The notes under the pieces: model-generated | Database searches by the model: none | What the model was told of the DNA's origin: nothing | The model's input: only the letters and a program-made list of their open reading frames with translations | Translations under genes and position numbers: made by a program | Assembly: GCA_037045225.1 (NCBI GenBank) | Contig: JBAOHZ010000008.1 | Span: forward strand, 282-64,281 | Origin: Nitrospira sp. | GTDB lineage: Bacteria > Nitrospirota > Nitrospiria > Nitrospirales > Nitrospiraceae | Length of the DNA: 64,000 nucleotides | Reading direction: 5' to 3' | Part shown: positions 38,464-49,266 of the stretch, piece after piece | Layout of the letters: every line of letters starts with the position of its first letter | Numbering within the stretch: the stretch's first letter is position 1

Positions 38464-40905
38464 ATGAGAACTCGCTTAGAAGTCAGTAAAGCGGCCTCGG
38501 CTCAGGTTCCGGCCAGTGACTATATTCCGTTGGGCACCCCCATCACGGCCCACGTGGTCAAGCTGTCGAACACGGGCGATTACCTTGCCATCTGGCGATT
38601 GGAAGGGATCACGTTTGAAACCGCGGATCGGGCCGAGATTTTGCTGCGGAAAGAAGGGTTGCACAACTTTATTCGCGCGTTAGGAGGTGGGAACTACGCG
38701 GTGTGGTCCCATAAGATTCGTCGGGTGGTCACCGAACGGTTATCGGGCAAGTCCCCAAATGCGTTTTGTGAAGAGTTGAACGATCGCTACTATCGGTCCT
38801 TCGACAGTCATCGGCAGATGGCCACGGAATTGTATCTGTCGGTAGTGTATCGCCCCTTCCCCTCCAGAGTCCGGAGTTTTTTCACACGATTAAAGGGGCG
38901 GAGTCTGCAACAGATTCGCGATCAAGAGACCGAACATCTCGCCATTCTGGAAGATACGGCCTGCCAGCTGGAAGCCAGCTTGAGGCGCTATGAGCCTCAG
39001 CGACTCGGTACCTATACGAAACAGGACATCGTCTATTCGGAGATGCTCGCCTTTCTAGGCTATCTCATCAACGGTGTCTGGGAAGAGATCCCCTTTCGTC
39101 GCGCACCGTTGACGTCCTACCTCCCAACCTCGCGGCTCCACTTTGGCGATAAAACCGGGATGGTGGAGATCTGGCATCCGAAGGAACGGAAATTCGCGGG
39201 GTTTCTGGACATGCAGGAGTATCCTCAGTTTTCCGAGCCGGGAATGAATAACGGCATCCTCTATGGAGAGGACGAGTATATCGAGACGCAGAGCTATTCG
39301 ATCTACAACAAGCGGGATGCTCTCAAGGCGCTCGACAAACAGAAAGGCCATTTGATCGCGTCAGAAGATGCCGCGACCAGAGAAATTGAGCAAATGGATC
39401 AGGCGGCGGAAGACATCCAAAGCGGCCTCATTGATCTGGGGGAGTATCATTATACCATCGCCGTGTTCGGAGCCACGATGAACGCGGTGGCGAAGTCCCT
39501 GGCGGAACTCCGGGCCATATTTCAAGATGGATCAGGTTTTAAAATGTCCCCGGTCGATGTGATCCCGGAATGCGCGTGGTACGCCCAGATTCCCGGAAAC
39601 TGGAGCCTCAGGCCGCGAGAGGCGACGATTACCAGCCGGAATTTTGTCTGTTTGAGCCCCTTTCATAATTTCGCCCGTGGGAAACGAGCCGGCAATCCCT
39701 GGGGAGAAGCATTGGCGCTATTCAAAACGCCGAGCGGCCAACCGTATTATTTTAACTTTCATGCGTCCCCCGAAGACAAAGATTCACGGGATGAGAAATA
39801 TCCTGGCAACACCTTCATTTGTGGCACCACAGGGGTGGGAAAAACCGCCTTAGAAATGGCCTTGCTCTCGTTTGCGACGAAATACCGCGGGCTCCGCTGT
39901 GTGTTTTTTGATAAGGATCGGGGCGCCGAGATCGGGATTCGAGCGATGGGCGGCAAATACTTTCCCCTCAAGCGAGGCGCGCCAACAGGGTTTAATCCCT
40001 TCCAGCTCGAGCCGACAGCCCACAACCTGCAATTCTGCGAAAAACTGATCCGCCAGTTCATCAAGACTGCGGGACAGGACCTGCCCTTGCTATCGGCGAA
40101 GGAGCAGCACGAGATCAGCCATGCCGTGCGAATCGTGATGAGCGAGGCGGTATCACGCGAGGTGCGCTGTCTCTCATTGATCATGCAAAACCTTCCGGCC
40201 ACCGGTGAGAATAGTGTGAAGGCGCGGCTGAAGAAATGGACGAGGGGGCACCCGCTCGGATGGGCCTTCGACAATCCCTCCGATACACAGGATTTTAGCG
40301 GCGCAAGCTTGTTTGGGTACGACTATACAGAATTTCTCGATGATCCCGAGATTCGGACGCCGATCGTGGCGTACCTACTCCATCTGACTGAGAGCCTGAT
40401 TACGGGCGACCCCTTTGTCTACTTTATGGAGGAGTTCTGGAAACCCCTGCAAGACTCGATGTTCTCGGAGTTTGCCCTCAATAAACAAAAGACGATTCGA
40501 AAGCAATCCGGTCTGGGTGTGTTTGTGACTCAATCCCCATCCGACGTCCTCGGGCATCCGATTGGTAAAACCATGGTGGAGCAAAGTGTCACACAGATTT
40601 TCTTGCCGAATCCCCGAGCGGATCACGCCGACTATGTTCACGGATTCAAAGTCACCGAATCCGAATATCGGATTATCAAGAATCTGGGAGAGGCCAGCCG
40701 CATGTTTTTGGTGAAGCAAGGGCATGGGTCCGCAATTGTCACCTTTGACTTGGGTAGTATGCCAGACATTCTGAATGTCATTTCCGGGACCACAGAGAAT
40801 GTGGCATTGCTCGATCGGATCCGTGAAGACGTCGGCGATGCGCCGGAGGCCTGGATGCCAGTGCTGCACGAACGAATCGCGGCGCGGCGCGGCCTAATCA
40901 AATGA
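38464..40905 (+). CDS. virB4: VirB4 ATPase
   Basis: 813 aa with Walker A GTTGVGKTALEM and the CagE/TrbE/VirB4 layout. Confidence 0.95.
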   Translation: MRTRLEVSKAASAQVPASDYIPLGTPITAHVVKLSNTGDYLAIWRLEGITFETADRAEILLRKEGLHNFIRALGGGNYAVWSHKIRRVVTERLSGKSPNAFCEELNDRYYRSFDSHRQMATELYLSVVYRPFPSRVRSFFTRLKGRSLQQIRDQETEHLAILEDTACQLEASLRRYEPQRLGTYTKQDIVYSEMLAFLGYLINGVWEEIPFRRAPLTSYLPTSRLHFGDKTGMVEIWHPKERKFAGFLDMQEYPQFSEPGMNNGILYGEDEYIETQSYSIYNKRDALKALDKQKGHLIASEDAATREIEQMDQAAEDIQSGLIDLGEYHYTIAVFGATMNAVAKSLAELRAIFQDGSGFKMSPVDVIPECAWYAQIPGNWSLRPREATITSRNFVCLSPFHNFARGKRAGNPWGEALALFKTPSGQPYYFNFHASPEDKDSRDEKYPGNTFICGTTGVGKTALEMALLSFATKYRGLRCVFFDKDRGAEIGIRAMGGKYFPLKRGAPTGFNPFQLEPTAHNLQFCEKLIRQFIKTAGQDLPLLSAKEQHEISHAVRIVMSEAVSREVRCLSLIMQNLPATGENSVKARLKKWTRGHPLGWAFDNPSDTQDFSGASLFGYDYTEFLDDPEIRTPIVAYLLHLTESLITGDPFVYFMEEFWKPLQDSMFSEFALNKQKTIRKQSGLGVFVTQSPSDVLGHPIGKTMVEQSVTQIFLPNPRADHADYVHGFKVTESEYRIIKNLGEASRMFLVKQGHGSAIVTFDLGSMPDILNVISGTTENVALLDRIREDVGDAPEAWMPVLHERIAARRGLIK

Positions 40906-41173
40906 CGAACAGCAGGCGAACACGCAGGGCAGGGTTATCGGCTCCAGATGCATCGAGCGAGCAATCCGGGCACAGCGGGGAGACACACCAAAGCCACGAG
41001 CCAGAATGGAACGTGGTGGGCCTGGCAACCTCAGCATACCTATGGACAGCCGGGAACGACACCGCACTGGAATGACGAAGTATGCGATGGAAGTAGCTTG
41101 GATAGCGGAACAGTCTTCGCCCGTGGGAGCAACTCTAGCAGCTGAGTGGTGAGACGACAGAGCCGAGGGTGCA

Positions 41174-42214
41174 ATGGGTATCGGGACGTTTGTCGAAGGC
41201 GCGATCAACACATCACTCACGAATTATGTGACGACCTACAGCAATGCCGTCATTGATGTGCTCACGCCTATTGCGGTCACTGCCGTGGCCACCTATATCC
41301 TCTGGACCGGGTTCCAAGTGATGCGAGGGGAGGCACCAGATGCGGTGTCGACTCTTTTATGGAAGTGGTTTCGGATCGCGATGATTTCCGGTCTCGCCTT
41401 ACATGGACCGGCATATCAAACGATCGTGACAGATGGGTTGGACGGTCTACAAGGCGCCTTTGCCACGGCGTTCGGCGGCGGTCCGACGGTCGGGGCCACC
41501 GTCGATCACATGGCCGCGCCCTTCTACAGTCTGATCGAACAACTGTTCACTGACGCCAGCACCAGTCTGTTTCCCAAGTTCGCGTTACTGGTCGCCGGCT
41601 CCCTGTGTGCCGTGGCGGCGTTGGCCATGGGGTTTATTTCAATGGGTATTTATCTGGTGGCCAAGGTCTCCCTGGCCGTCCTTCTGGCGCTGGGCCCTGC
41701 CTTTATCTTCTGTGCGATGTTTCCCGTGACGCAGCGCTATGCAGAGAGTTGGGTATCGGCCGCGCTCTCTTCTGTCTTTACCAATGTGCTGATCATGGCC
41801 ACAGTCAGTTTCATGACCAGCATTGTGCACACGGCCTGTACGCAAATACTGGCCGGCTACTCACAGACCTCCATTGTGGTCGACACCTGTGGCCTCCTCT
41901 TACTCTCCTTAACCTGTGCCTATGTCTTGACTCACGTTCAATCGTTGGGTGCGGTCTTAGCAGGATCGATTTCATTTGGGAGTGCTGGAGGGGAGAGCGC
42001 ACTGGTTGCGACCGGAGGGTTACGAAGCCTTGCCCGGGCTGTAGCCATAAAGGGGAATACGCCATCCATGTCAGGGACCCTCATTAACACGTCCGGCGGT
42101 CGCTCCAAGAGCGGCCAATCTGGCACGAGTGTGGCTCTCCCGATCCCAACGAGTCCGGCAGGCTCAGATCTCTATCAACGAGGGGTGTTGGAACGATTGC
42201 AGCGCTCTACCTAA
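41174..42214 (+). CDS. virB6: VirB6/TrbL-type polytopic membrane protein
   Basis: Multiple TM helices and the typical N-terminus ...NYVTTYSNAVIDVLTPIAVTAVATYILWTGFQVMRGE. Confidence 0.8.
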   Translation: MGIGTFVEGAINTSLTNYVTTYSNAVIDVLTPIAVTAVATYILWTGFQVMRGEAPDAVSTLLWKWFRIAMISGLALHGPAYQTIVTDGLDGLQGAFATAFGGGPTVGATVDHMAAPFYSLIEQLFTDASTSLFPKFALLVAGSLCAVAALAMGFISMGIYLVAKVSLAVLLALGPAFIFCAMFPVTQRYAESWVSAALSSVFTNVLIMATVSFMTSIVHTACTQILAGYSQTSIVVDTCGLLLLSLTCAYVLTHVQSLGAVLAGSISFGSAGGESALVATGGLRSLARAVAIKGNTPSMSGTLINTSGGRSKSGQSGTSVALPIPTSPAGSDLYQRGVLERLQRST

Positions 42215-42230
42215 CCGAAGGAGGTCCCGT

Positions 42231-42947
42231 GTGCGGGTCTTGAAAAAAGCCGTTGCCCTGGGTGCGTTTATCACGCTGGTGATGGTTGGCTTTGTGCCGA
42301 GGGCAGAGGCGGGGATACCCGTCATTGATTCGGCCAACCTGGTGCAGTCTGTGATTCAGGCGATTTCCTGGATTCAACAGCTTCAGCAAATGCAGCAGCA
42401 AATTACGCAAGCGCAGTCCCAAATTGATGCCATCACGGGTTCCCGGAATATGGCGAGCCTGTTTAACAACCTCGCATTGGCTGGCGTGGTGCCCTCGGAT
42501 GTGAACGCGGTCTATGGGGCGATTCGCAGTGGGGGGATCAATGGCTTGACGACGGCGGCGCAAATTATTCGCAACAATCGCATGATTTATAACTGTGAGG
42601 GGCGAACCGGCGATGCCCTTCGAATCTGCCAAAACATTCTCAACCAAACCCCCCAATCCCAAGCGTACTACGCGAACACCTTTCGCATGTTGGAAGGCCG
42701 CCTGAATCAAATCCGCTCACTCACCAACAGCATCGATAGCACCGCCGACGAGAAAGCCTCGTTAGATCTTCAGTCGCGAATCGCCGGAGAGCAGGCACTG
42801 GTTCAGAACGATACCAATCGTATTATGACGATGCACGCCATGGCCGAAGCGGAAGAGAAGGCAGCGGAACAGGAACATCATGAACGAACCTTGCATATGT
42901 TAGCTCCGGGCACGCCTCGGGGCATCGACAGACTGACCTACCCATAG
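42231..42947 (+). CDS. VirB5/TrbJ-like minor pilus protein
   Basis: GTG start after GAAGGAGG. A signal peptide is followed by GIPVIDSANLVQSVIQAISWIQQLQQMQQQI, the TrbJ/VirB5 hallmark. Confidence 0.7.
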   Translation: MRVLKKAVALGAFITLVMVGFVPRAEAGIPVIDSANLVQSVIQAISWIQQLQQMQQQITQAQSQIDAITGSRNMASLFNNLALAGVVPSDVNAVYGAIRSGGINGLTTAAQIIRNNRMIYNCEGRTGDALRICQNILNQTPQSQAYYANTFRMLEGRLNQIRSLTNSIDSTADEKASLDLQSRIAGEQALVQNDTNRIMTMHAMAEAEEKAAEQEHHERTLHMLAPGTPRGIDRLTYP

Positions 42948-42977
42948 ACAGAGACACCGATAAGGACGGCGAAGACC

Positions 42978-43721
42978 ATGGCAGACGCAAGCCCTGTGAA
43001 GAGTGGCGATGAGCGACAATTTTACGAGCAGAGCCGTGATTGGGAAATAGATCGAAGCCTCCGTCTCAAGCAGTCCGAACGACGGGCCTGGTGGGTAGCC
43101 GGGCTGGCCTGCCTGTTGGCCTGTGGGTTGGGGATCGGGCTGGCCTGTCTTGCTCCACTGAAATCCACCATTCCGTATGTGTTCGCGGTCGATCGGGCGA
43201 CTGGAAACGTGGAGTTTGTCAGCGCGGCGGATGATCGCACCGTGATGGGGTATCAAGAATTACTCGATAAGCACTGGACTCAGAAATATGTCCTCGCGCG
43301 GGAGTCCTACTACTTCCGGCTGCTCCAGGCAGATTACGACACGGTGTTATCCATGAGTGCTGACGAGGTGGGGCGGGACTACGCGAAGATCTATGATGGG
43401 CCACACGCGCGCGACAAGAAATTCGGTGCGGGGATGGAAGTGAAGGTCAAGGTCCTGAGTGTGACGTTACACGCCGATGCTGTCGGATTAAAGGCCACCG
43501 TGCGGTTTGAAAAGACAGCCAAGCATACGGAAGCCGAGACTGTAGGCTCGCCCCAGTATTTCATCGCCACACTGGCCTATGAATATCGTATGTCGATGAA
43601 GGGCCAGGAAAAGGATCTGATTCAGAACCCGCTGGGCTACAAAGTGACGAGCTACAGAGTAGACGATGAAATTGGTACGGTCAGCCCGGCGGGCGCCCTG
43701 GCTCTGATGGAACGCCCCTAG
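42978..43721 (+). CDS. virB8: VirB8
   Basis: Single TM helix and an NTF2-like periplasmic domain (YVFAVDRATGNVEFV...WTQKYVLARESY...NPLGYKVTSYRVD). Confidence 0.85.
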   Translation: MADASPVKSGDERQFYEQSRDWEIDRSLRLKQSERRAWWVAGLACLLACGLGIGLACLAPLKSTIPYVFAVDRATGNVEFVSAADDRTVMGYQELLDKHWTQKYVLARESYYFRLLQADYDTVLSMSADEVGRDYAKIYDGPHARDKKFGAGMEVKVKVLSVTLHADAVGLKATVRFEKTAKHTEAETVGSPQYFIATLAYEYRMSMKGQEKDLIQNPLGYKVTSYRVDDEIGTVSPAGALALMERP

Positions 43722-43731
43722 AAAGGTCATC

Positions 43732-44646
43732 ATGAACGGAAAACTCAGGCGGATGGTCAGGTGTCTGATCCTTGCATTGGGGCTGGCGAATGTAGGGGTC
43801 TCCGCGGCGGAAATTCCAGAGCCTGGCGGACTCGATCAACGAGTGCGTTATGTGACGTACAAACAGGATGATGTCACCACCGTGCACGTGCGCCGCGGCG
43901 TGATCACGCGCGTCGTCCTCGGGGAAGATGAAAAAATCGTCGTGGCCGCGACGGGATTTTTGGGTGATTGTGCGAAGTCAGAAGCGGAATGGTGTATCAG
44001 GGCCGACGTGGGAACGAATCAAGTGTGGGTGAAGCCGAAGGACAACGCGACGCATAACAATCTCGAAATTCGGACGGATAAGCGGGACTACAGCCTGGAG
44101 TTTCATGTCCTTGCGGACACCAAGCTGGGACGGTCGCGCAGGCCAGCCGATGGCCACGACATCGAGGAGGCTATGTATCGGGTGATCTTCCGCCATCCGA
44201 TCCCCTTCCCGAACCCACAGACCGTCATGGCTCTCACCGCCAGTCTGGACCACACTCAGCAAGCGCGTGACAATCAACAAATTGTGGCCGATCGCCTCGC
44301 AGCCTTTACGCCGGAGCCACAGAATTGGGCCTATTCGATGGAAGTCCTGACCGGCGCGGATGAAATCGCTCCCGCGCTGGTGTTCGACGATGGACGGTTT
44401 ACCTACTTTTCATTCCCATCTAACCGTGACATTCCAGCTATTTTTTACATCTCTCCGGCCGGGGAAGAAACCCGCCTCAATTTTCACATGGAGAAGGAAC
44501 TGGCCGTGGTCCAGCGGACGGGTCGGCGCTTTGTCTTGCGGCTGGGGCAGGCGGTCGTGGGCCTGTGGAATGACGCGTACGATATGACCGGCGTCCCTCC
44601 CACCAATGGCGTGACGGTGTCGGGTGTCAGTCGCGTAGTGCGTTGA
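43732..44646 (+). CDS. virB9: VirB9
   Basis: Signal peptide and the CagX/VirB9 pattern (VRYVTYKQDDVTTV...NNLEIRTDKRDYSLEF...). Confidence 0.85.
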   Translation: MNGKLRRMVRCLILALGLANVGVSAAEIPEPGGLDQRVRYVTYKQDDVTTVHVRRGVITRVVLGEDEKIVVAATGFLGDCAKSEAEWCIRADVGTNQVWVKPKDNATHNNLEIRTDKRDYSLEFHVLADTKLGRSRRPADGHDIEEAMYRVIFRHPIPFPNPQTVMALTASLDHTQQARDNQQIVADRLAAFTPEPQNWAYSMEVLTGADEIAPALVFDDGRFTYFSFPSNRDIPAIFYISPAGEETRLNFHMEKELAVVQRTGRRFVLRLGQAVVGLWNDAYDMTGVPPTNGVTVSGVSRVVR

Positions 44647-44653
44647 GGGAGGC

Positions 44654-46057
44654 ATGATGGAACAGAACGTGGCGACAGACGGGAGCGGCGAGCTAGGGAT
44701 TGTCTCCGTCAATCATCGAGCTGGTGCGCTGGGCCATAGGGCTGCAAAACTCGGGTTCCTCGTGGTGGTGGGGTTGGTCCTTATGATCGGCCTCCTGATG
44801 GCCCTGAACAAATGGACCGCTCATCGAACCGCCGAAGCCGAGAAAGAGGAGCACGCGGCGAAGGTCGAGAATAAACCCGCCCAGGTGGGGCCGAAACGTG
44901 TGTTCGACTCGGATCCCGTGTATCAGCCTCACAAAGCTTCCTCCTCAATGGGCAAGGGTCAGGCTCACCCGGCGTCCCTCACCTCTCGGATGGTCGTTTC
45001 AGGGATGGAGAATGGTCAGATTGAAAGTGGGCAGTCGATGCCTTATGGAACTGGAAGAGATGGGGGGAAGCAACCGGGATCACGACGGCAGAGCCGATTT
45101 GGGGGAGAGGCGATCCTGGCCAGCACCCATGCTCCGACTGGACCAGCCACACAGCACCTCCAAACCACCGGACCAGAGGCCGCACTTTCATTAGTGCGCG
45201 ATCTGCTCGGCAATCCTCGCGGAGTTGGGTCGCTGGATCAAGCCCTAATCGGCGGGGCGCAAGCGATTGGCCTGAACCTTCCGGAGACGGACTTGTCCAG
45301 TTCGACGTCCGATCCTGGACAGCCCGGGCAGGGAGGTAGCGTTGGGATGCCACTCATGGGTCTCAGGCCTGCGGGACTGCCGCTCCCCCCGAGCCCTGCG
45401 CCCAGCGGCGCCGGCGCAATCGGGGGATTACTCACTCCCTCCTCCACACCGATGGTTCAAGCGGGCATGGTAGGAGACCGAAATATGCTGCTTCCAAAAG
45501 GAAGAAGCATTGATTGCGCGTTAACCATCCGTCTCGTCAATGAGGTGGCCGGCATGGCGACCTGCGTGCTCAGTTCTGATGTCTATAGCGATAACGGCCG
45601 GGTGGTGCTCCTTGATCGTGGCTCCGAAGCGGTAGGCGAATACTCCGCGACGATGGCACAGGGACAACGTCGGCTGTTCCTGTTATGGACGCGGGTGAAG
45701 ACACCGAATGGAGTGGTCATCAATCTCAACTCACCGGCCGCCGATGAATTGGGCACCTCCGGGCTTGCCGGCTATGTGGACAATCACTGGTGGGACCGTT
45801 TAGGGGCAGGATTTCTTCTCTCGGTCGTGCAGGATGCCATTGGATTTGCGACCGCGCAAGCCGCTGGCGGCGGCGGACAAGGGCAACTCTCGATCTATCA
45901 AAATTCTGCCACGACGGGCAATCGAATGGCAGAGCTTGTGTTGCAATCGACCATCAACATGAAGCCGACACTTTACAAACACCAGGGCGATCGGGCGACG
46001 ATCTTCGTGGCCCGTGACTTGGACTTTGGAACGGTCTATGCACTCCGTGCCGAGTAA
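44654..46057 (+). CDS. virB10: VirB10/TrbI
   Basis: TM helix, a Pro/Gly-rich linker and a conserved C-terminal barrel (GRSIDCALTIRLVNEVAGMATCVLSSDVYS...). Confidence 0.85.
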   Translation: MMEQNVATDGSGELGIVSVNHRAGALGHRAAKLGFLVVVGLVLMIGLLMALNKWTAHRTAEAEKEEHAAKVENKPAQVGPKRVFDSDPVYQPHKASSSMGKGQAHPASLTSRMVVSGMENGQIESGQSMPYGTGRDGGKQPGSRRQSRFGGEAILASTHAPTGPATQHLQTTGPEAALSLVRDLLGNPRGVGSLDQALIGGAQAIGLNLPETDLSSSTSDPGQPGQGGSVGMPLMGLRPAGLPLPPSPAPSGAGAIGGLLTPSSTPMVQAGMVGDRNMLLPKGRSIDCALTIRLVNEVAGMATCVLSSDVYSDNGRVVLLDRGSEAVGEYSATMAQGQRRLFLLWTRVKTPNGVVINLNSPAADELGTSGLAGYVDNHWWDRLGAGFLLSVVQDAIGFATAQAAGGGGQGQLSIYQNSATTGNRMAELVLQSTINMKPTLYKHQGDRATIFVARDLDFGTVYALRAE

Positions 46058-47147
46058 TGTCCTCGCGCACGATACCATGGTGCGCGAATTGTTGCGTCCA
46101 TTGCTCAGATTTCTCTCGCGGCCTGAGGCCACAGAAATTGTGATCAATCGTCCCGGAGAGGTCTATATCGAGGTGGGCGCGGCTTGGGCACGGTGTGATG
46201 CGCCGGACTTGACGTTGGGCCAACTCATGGCCCTCGCGACCGCCATTGCCACTTACACTGAGCAAGAGGTCGGACCACACAAACCAATACTGTCGGCCAT
46301 GCTTCCCGATGGAGAGCGCGTTCAGATTGTGCTCCCGCCGGCCGTCGAATTGGGGACCGTCTCATTCTCGATACGTCGACCCAGCGCCAGGATCAAGTCC
46401 CTGGACGAGTACGAGAATGAACAGGCGTTCCATCGCTATGTCTGGGCGCGCTCCAGTGACCTGGATGGACGTATAGGTGATCTCGACGTGGTGGAACGCA
46501 GCTTGGTGGACTGTCTGGACTCGAAACGTCTGGGGGCATTCCTTCACCAAGCTGTACGGGCGAAAAAGAACATTGCCGTGGTGGGGGAGACCGGCTCTGG
46601 CAAAACCACGCTGATGAAATCCCTCTGTCAGTCCATTCCTACCGATGAACGCCTGATGACGATTGAGGACGTGCGCGAACTGTTTTTGCCGAATCATGGG
46701 AATCGAGTCCATCTCCTGTACTCGAAAGGTGGTCTAGGCGTGGCGAAAGTGACCCCAGCGGATCTCATCGCGTCGAATATGCGGATGAAGCCGGATCGAG
46801 TCTTGTTAGCTGAGTTGCGAGGAGGGGAAGCCTTCGATTTCCTGAAGTTGCTGACCACGGGACACAGCGGCTCGATCACGTCCTATCATGCCGAGTCTTG
46901 CGCCTTGGCGGCAGAGCGCTATGTCTTTATGTGCAAGGAACATGAGCAAGCCGCCATTTATGATGCAGCGTCCCTCAAGCGCCTCGTGTCCTTGACGATC
47001 GATGTGATCGTACACGTCGTCGCGCACAACCACTATGACGTCCACGGCCAACCGACTCATAAAGAACGCTACGTCGCGGAAGTCCATTACGACCCCATCG
47101 CGAAGCTCATGGCTCGGTTCGGAGCCGCCACGGTGGTACGGGCATGA
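46014..47147 (+). CDS. virB11: VirB11 ATPase
   Basis: Walker A VVGETGSGKTTLMKSL and DRVLLAELRGGEAFDFL. The start may instead be 46038. Confidence 0.9.
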   Translation: MTWTLERSMHSVPSNVLAHDTMVRELLRPLLRFLSRPEATEIVINRPGEVYIEVGAAWARCDAPDLTLGQLMALATAIATYTEQEVGPHKPILSAMLPDGERVQIVLPPAVELGTVSFSIRRPSARIKSLDEYENEQAFHRYVWARSSDLDGRIGDLDVVERSLVDCLDSKRLGAFLHQAVRAKKNIAVVGETGSGKTTLMKSLCQSIPTDERLMTIEDVRELFLPNHGNRVHLLYSKGGLGVAKVTPADLIASNMRMKPDRVLLAELRGGEAFDFLKLLTTGHSGSITSYHAESCALAAERYVFMCKEHEQAAIYDAASLKRLVSLTIDVIVHVVAHNHYDVHGQPTHKERYVAEVHYDPIAKLMARFGAATVVRA

Positions 47148-47154
47148 GGGTCCA

Positions 47155-49266
47155 ATGCGACTGAATCTGATGGCCACGGTACTCGCGGCGCTCCTATACA
47201 TCCCGGTGGGCCTTGTGGGTGCTGATTGCCTCGCCGGGGCGATGTTCGATGTGACGAACAAACGTGTCCCGGCAGAGGTGTCCTTACAGAGGTGGCCGGA
47301 TGCCTGGCGGGCCTATCGCGATGATGCGACCCAACGCAAGCGTCTGCAACTCTCAGCCGGGCTTAGCCTCTTTATGGTGTTCGGTATTCCCGGCGTGCTG
47401 GTGATGACTCTGAAGAATGCCGCCATCCCATTACACGGTGCCGCGCGATTTGCCAGTCCGGCGGAAATTGCCCGGGCCGGATTGTACGGAGACCGCGGAG
47501 TGATCATCGGGAAGCAAGGCTCTCGATATTTGATCTATGGCGGTCAAGAATTTGTCCTGCTGGCCGCGCCAACTCGATCGGGAAAAGGGGTCAGTGTCGT
47601 CCTGCCGAACTTGCTCAACTATAACGATTCGGTGGTGGTGCTCGATATCAAAATGGAGAACTTCGCATACACATCGAAGTTTCGACAGATGCACGGCCAC
47701 GCGGTGTTTCTCTTTAACCCGTTCGGCACGGATAATCGAAGCCATCGCTGGAATCCGCTCGATGCGGTGCATCGCACGTCTCACCTCCGCGTGGGTGAAA
47801 TCCAGGCGATCGGGCATGTGCTGTACCCGACAGAGCATGTCAAAGATGCGTTTTGGAATGAGTCCGCGAGAAATTTGTTCCTCGGTCTATGCCTGTACCT
47901 CCTCGAAACACCGACGCTGCCTTGTAGCTTGGGGGAATTACTCCGACAAGCGTCCGGGAAGGGCCAACCCATCAAGGACTATGTGAATGGGCTGATGAAC
48001 AAGCGTGGCCTGGGTCATGCGCCGTTGAGCAATGAGTGTACCGAAGCCTTGCAACGCTTCTGTACCACGAGCGACAACACGATGGCCGGCATCCTGGCGA
48101 CCTTTACGGCTCCCCTCACCATATTCAGTAACCCCATTGTGGATGCGGCGACCAGCGCGACGGACATTGACCTGAGCGCGGTACGGAAGCGCCGCATGGC
48201 TATCTATGTAGGCATTCCAGCCAATCGTCTGAGCGATGCGGCCCTATTGGTGAATCTCTTCTTCTCGCAACTCATTCATTACAACACGATTGATCTCCCC
48301 GCGACCGATCCCGCGCTGAAGCACCAATGTCTGCTGTTCCTCGATGAGTTTCCGGCCATCGGACGCGTCGATATTCTGGCGAAGAGTGTGGGGTTTATCG
48401 CGGGTTATAACATCCGGCTTTTTCCCATCATCCAGAGCTTGTCCCAATTGGAATCGATCTACGGAGAGAAGGATGCGCGCACCTTGGTCACGAACCACGC
48501 CTGCCAAGTGATGTTTGCGCCCCGCGAGCAACAAGACGCACAGGAGTATTCGCACATGTTAGGCACCTACACCGCTAAAGCCGTTTCCACGGGCATGAGC
48601 TACCCGAAAGCCTGGGGCCATACAGGCCACGGCTCCACAAGCTCTAATGTATCCGACCACGCGCGGCCCCTCATGTTGCCACAGGAATTGAAGGAGTTGG
48701 GGCAGACGCGGCAAATTATCAACCTCATCAACACGAAACCCATCCTTTGCAATAAAGCCTTCTTTTACCTCGATCCGATCTTGGTGAATCGCTTGAAAAC
48801 GGTGAGCCCATTTCTCGCCAGCTTAGGCCGCAGATTGCCCACACAGAGCGAGTTCGAGACTGCCGCGTTTGTGCGTAAGGATCTCTCAGCAGACATTCCT
48901 TTCCTCGATGTGGATCTCCACATGGCCAAGGTGGAACGGCGCGTTCGTCCACTGACCGCGAACGAACCGCTAGACCTCACCAAGCTCACGATCGACACAG
49001 GGTTATTGCCGCCCGTGGTTCACCGTCCACCGAAAGTCGAAGACGTCACCCAACTGGTCGATGCATTTTTTGCGCAGTTAGAGTGGACGGAGCCGGATGC
49101 TTGCACCGTCCCAGGCGATCCGAGCATCGCGAATGGCCGTCCACTGAATTGTCCGCGAGTAGAGGACCGTCCAACGGATGAGAGCCTAGTCGCACAGTTA
49201 GCGCCTCTGCGCGCCGTCCGTGATTCATCTGGGCTGGAACGAGAGGGCTCAGGGAGGAACCTATGA
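47155..49266 (+). CDS. virD4: VirD4/TraG coupling protein
   Basis: N-terminal TM helices, Walker A APTRSGKGVSVVLPN, and LLFLDEFPAIGR (Walker B). Start at MRLNLMATVL. Confidence 0.9.
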   Translation: MRLNLMATVLAALLYIPVGLVGADCLAGAMFDVTNKRVPAEVSLQRWPDAWRAYRDDATQRKRLQLSAGLSLFMVFGIPGVLVMTLKNAAIPLHGAARFASPAEIARAGLYGDRGVIIGKQGSRYLIYGGQEFVLLAAPTRSGKGVSVVLPNLLNYNDSVVVLDIKMENFAYTSKFRQMHGHAVFLFNPFGTDNRSHRWNPLDAVHRTSHLRVGEIQAIGHVLYPTEHVKDAFWNESARNLFLGLCLYLLETPTLPCSLGELLRQASGKGQPIKDYVNGLMNKRGLGHAPLSNECTEALQRFCTTSDNTMAGILATFTAPLTIFSNPIVDAATSATDIDLSAVRKRRMAIYVGIPANRLSDAALLVNLFFSQLIHYNTIDLPATDPALKHQCLLFLDEFPAIGRVDILAKSVGFIAGYNIRLFPIIQSLSQLESIYGEKDARTLVTNHACQVMFAPREQQDAQEYSHMLGTYTAKAVSTGMSYPKAWGHTGHGSTSSNVSDHARPLMLPQELKELGQTRQIINLINTKPILCNKAFFYLDPILVNRLKTVSPFLASLGRRLPTQSEFETAAFVRKDLSADIPFLDVDLHMAKVERRVRPLTANEPLDLTKLTIDTGLLPPVVHRPPKVEDVTQLVDAFFAQLEWTEPDACTVPGDPSIANGRPLNCPRVEDRPTDESLVAQLAPLRAVRDSSGLEREGSGRNL

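Noticed and set aside
40906-41173. The gap after virB4, searched for a VirB7-like lipoprotein or an entry-exclusion gene.
   Set aside because: It contains only 48-57 aa ORFs with no signal peptide or lipobox and no RBS.
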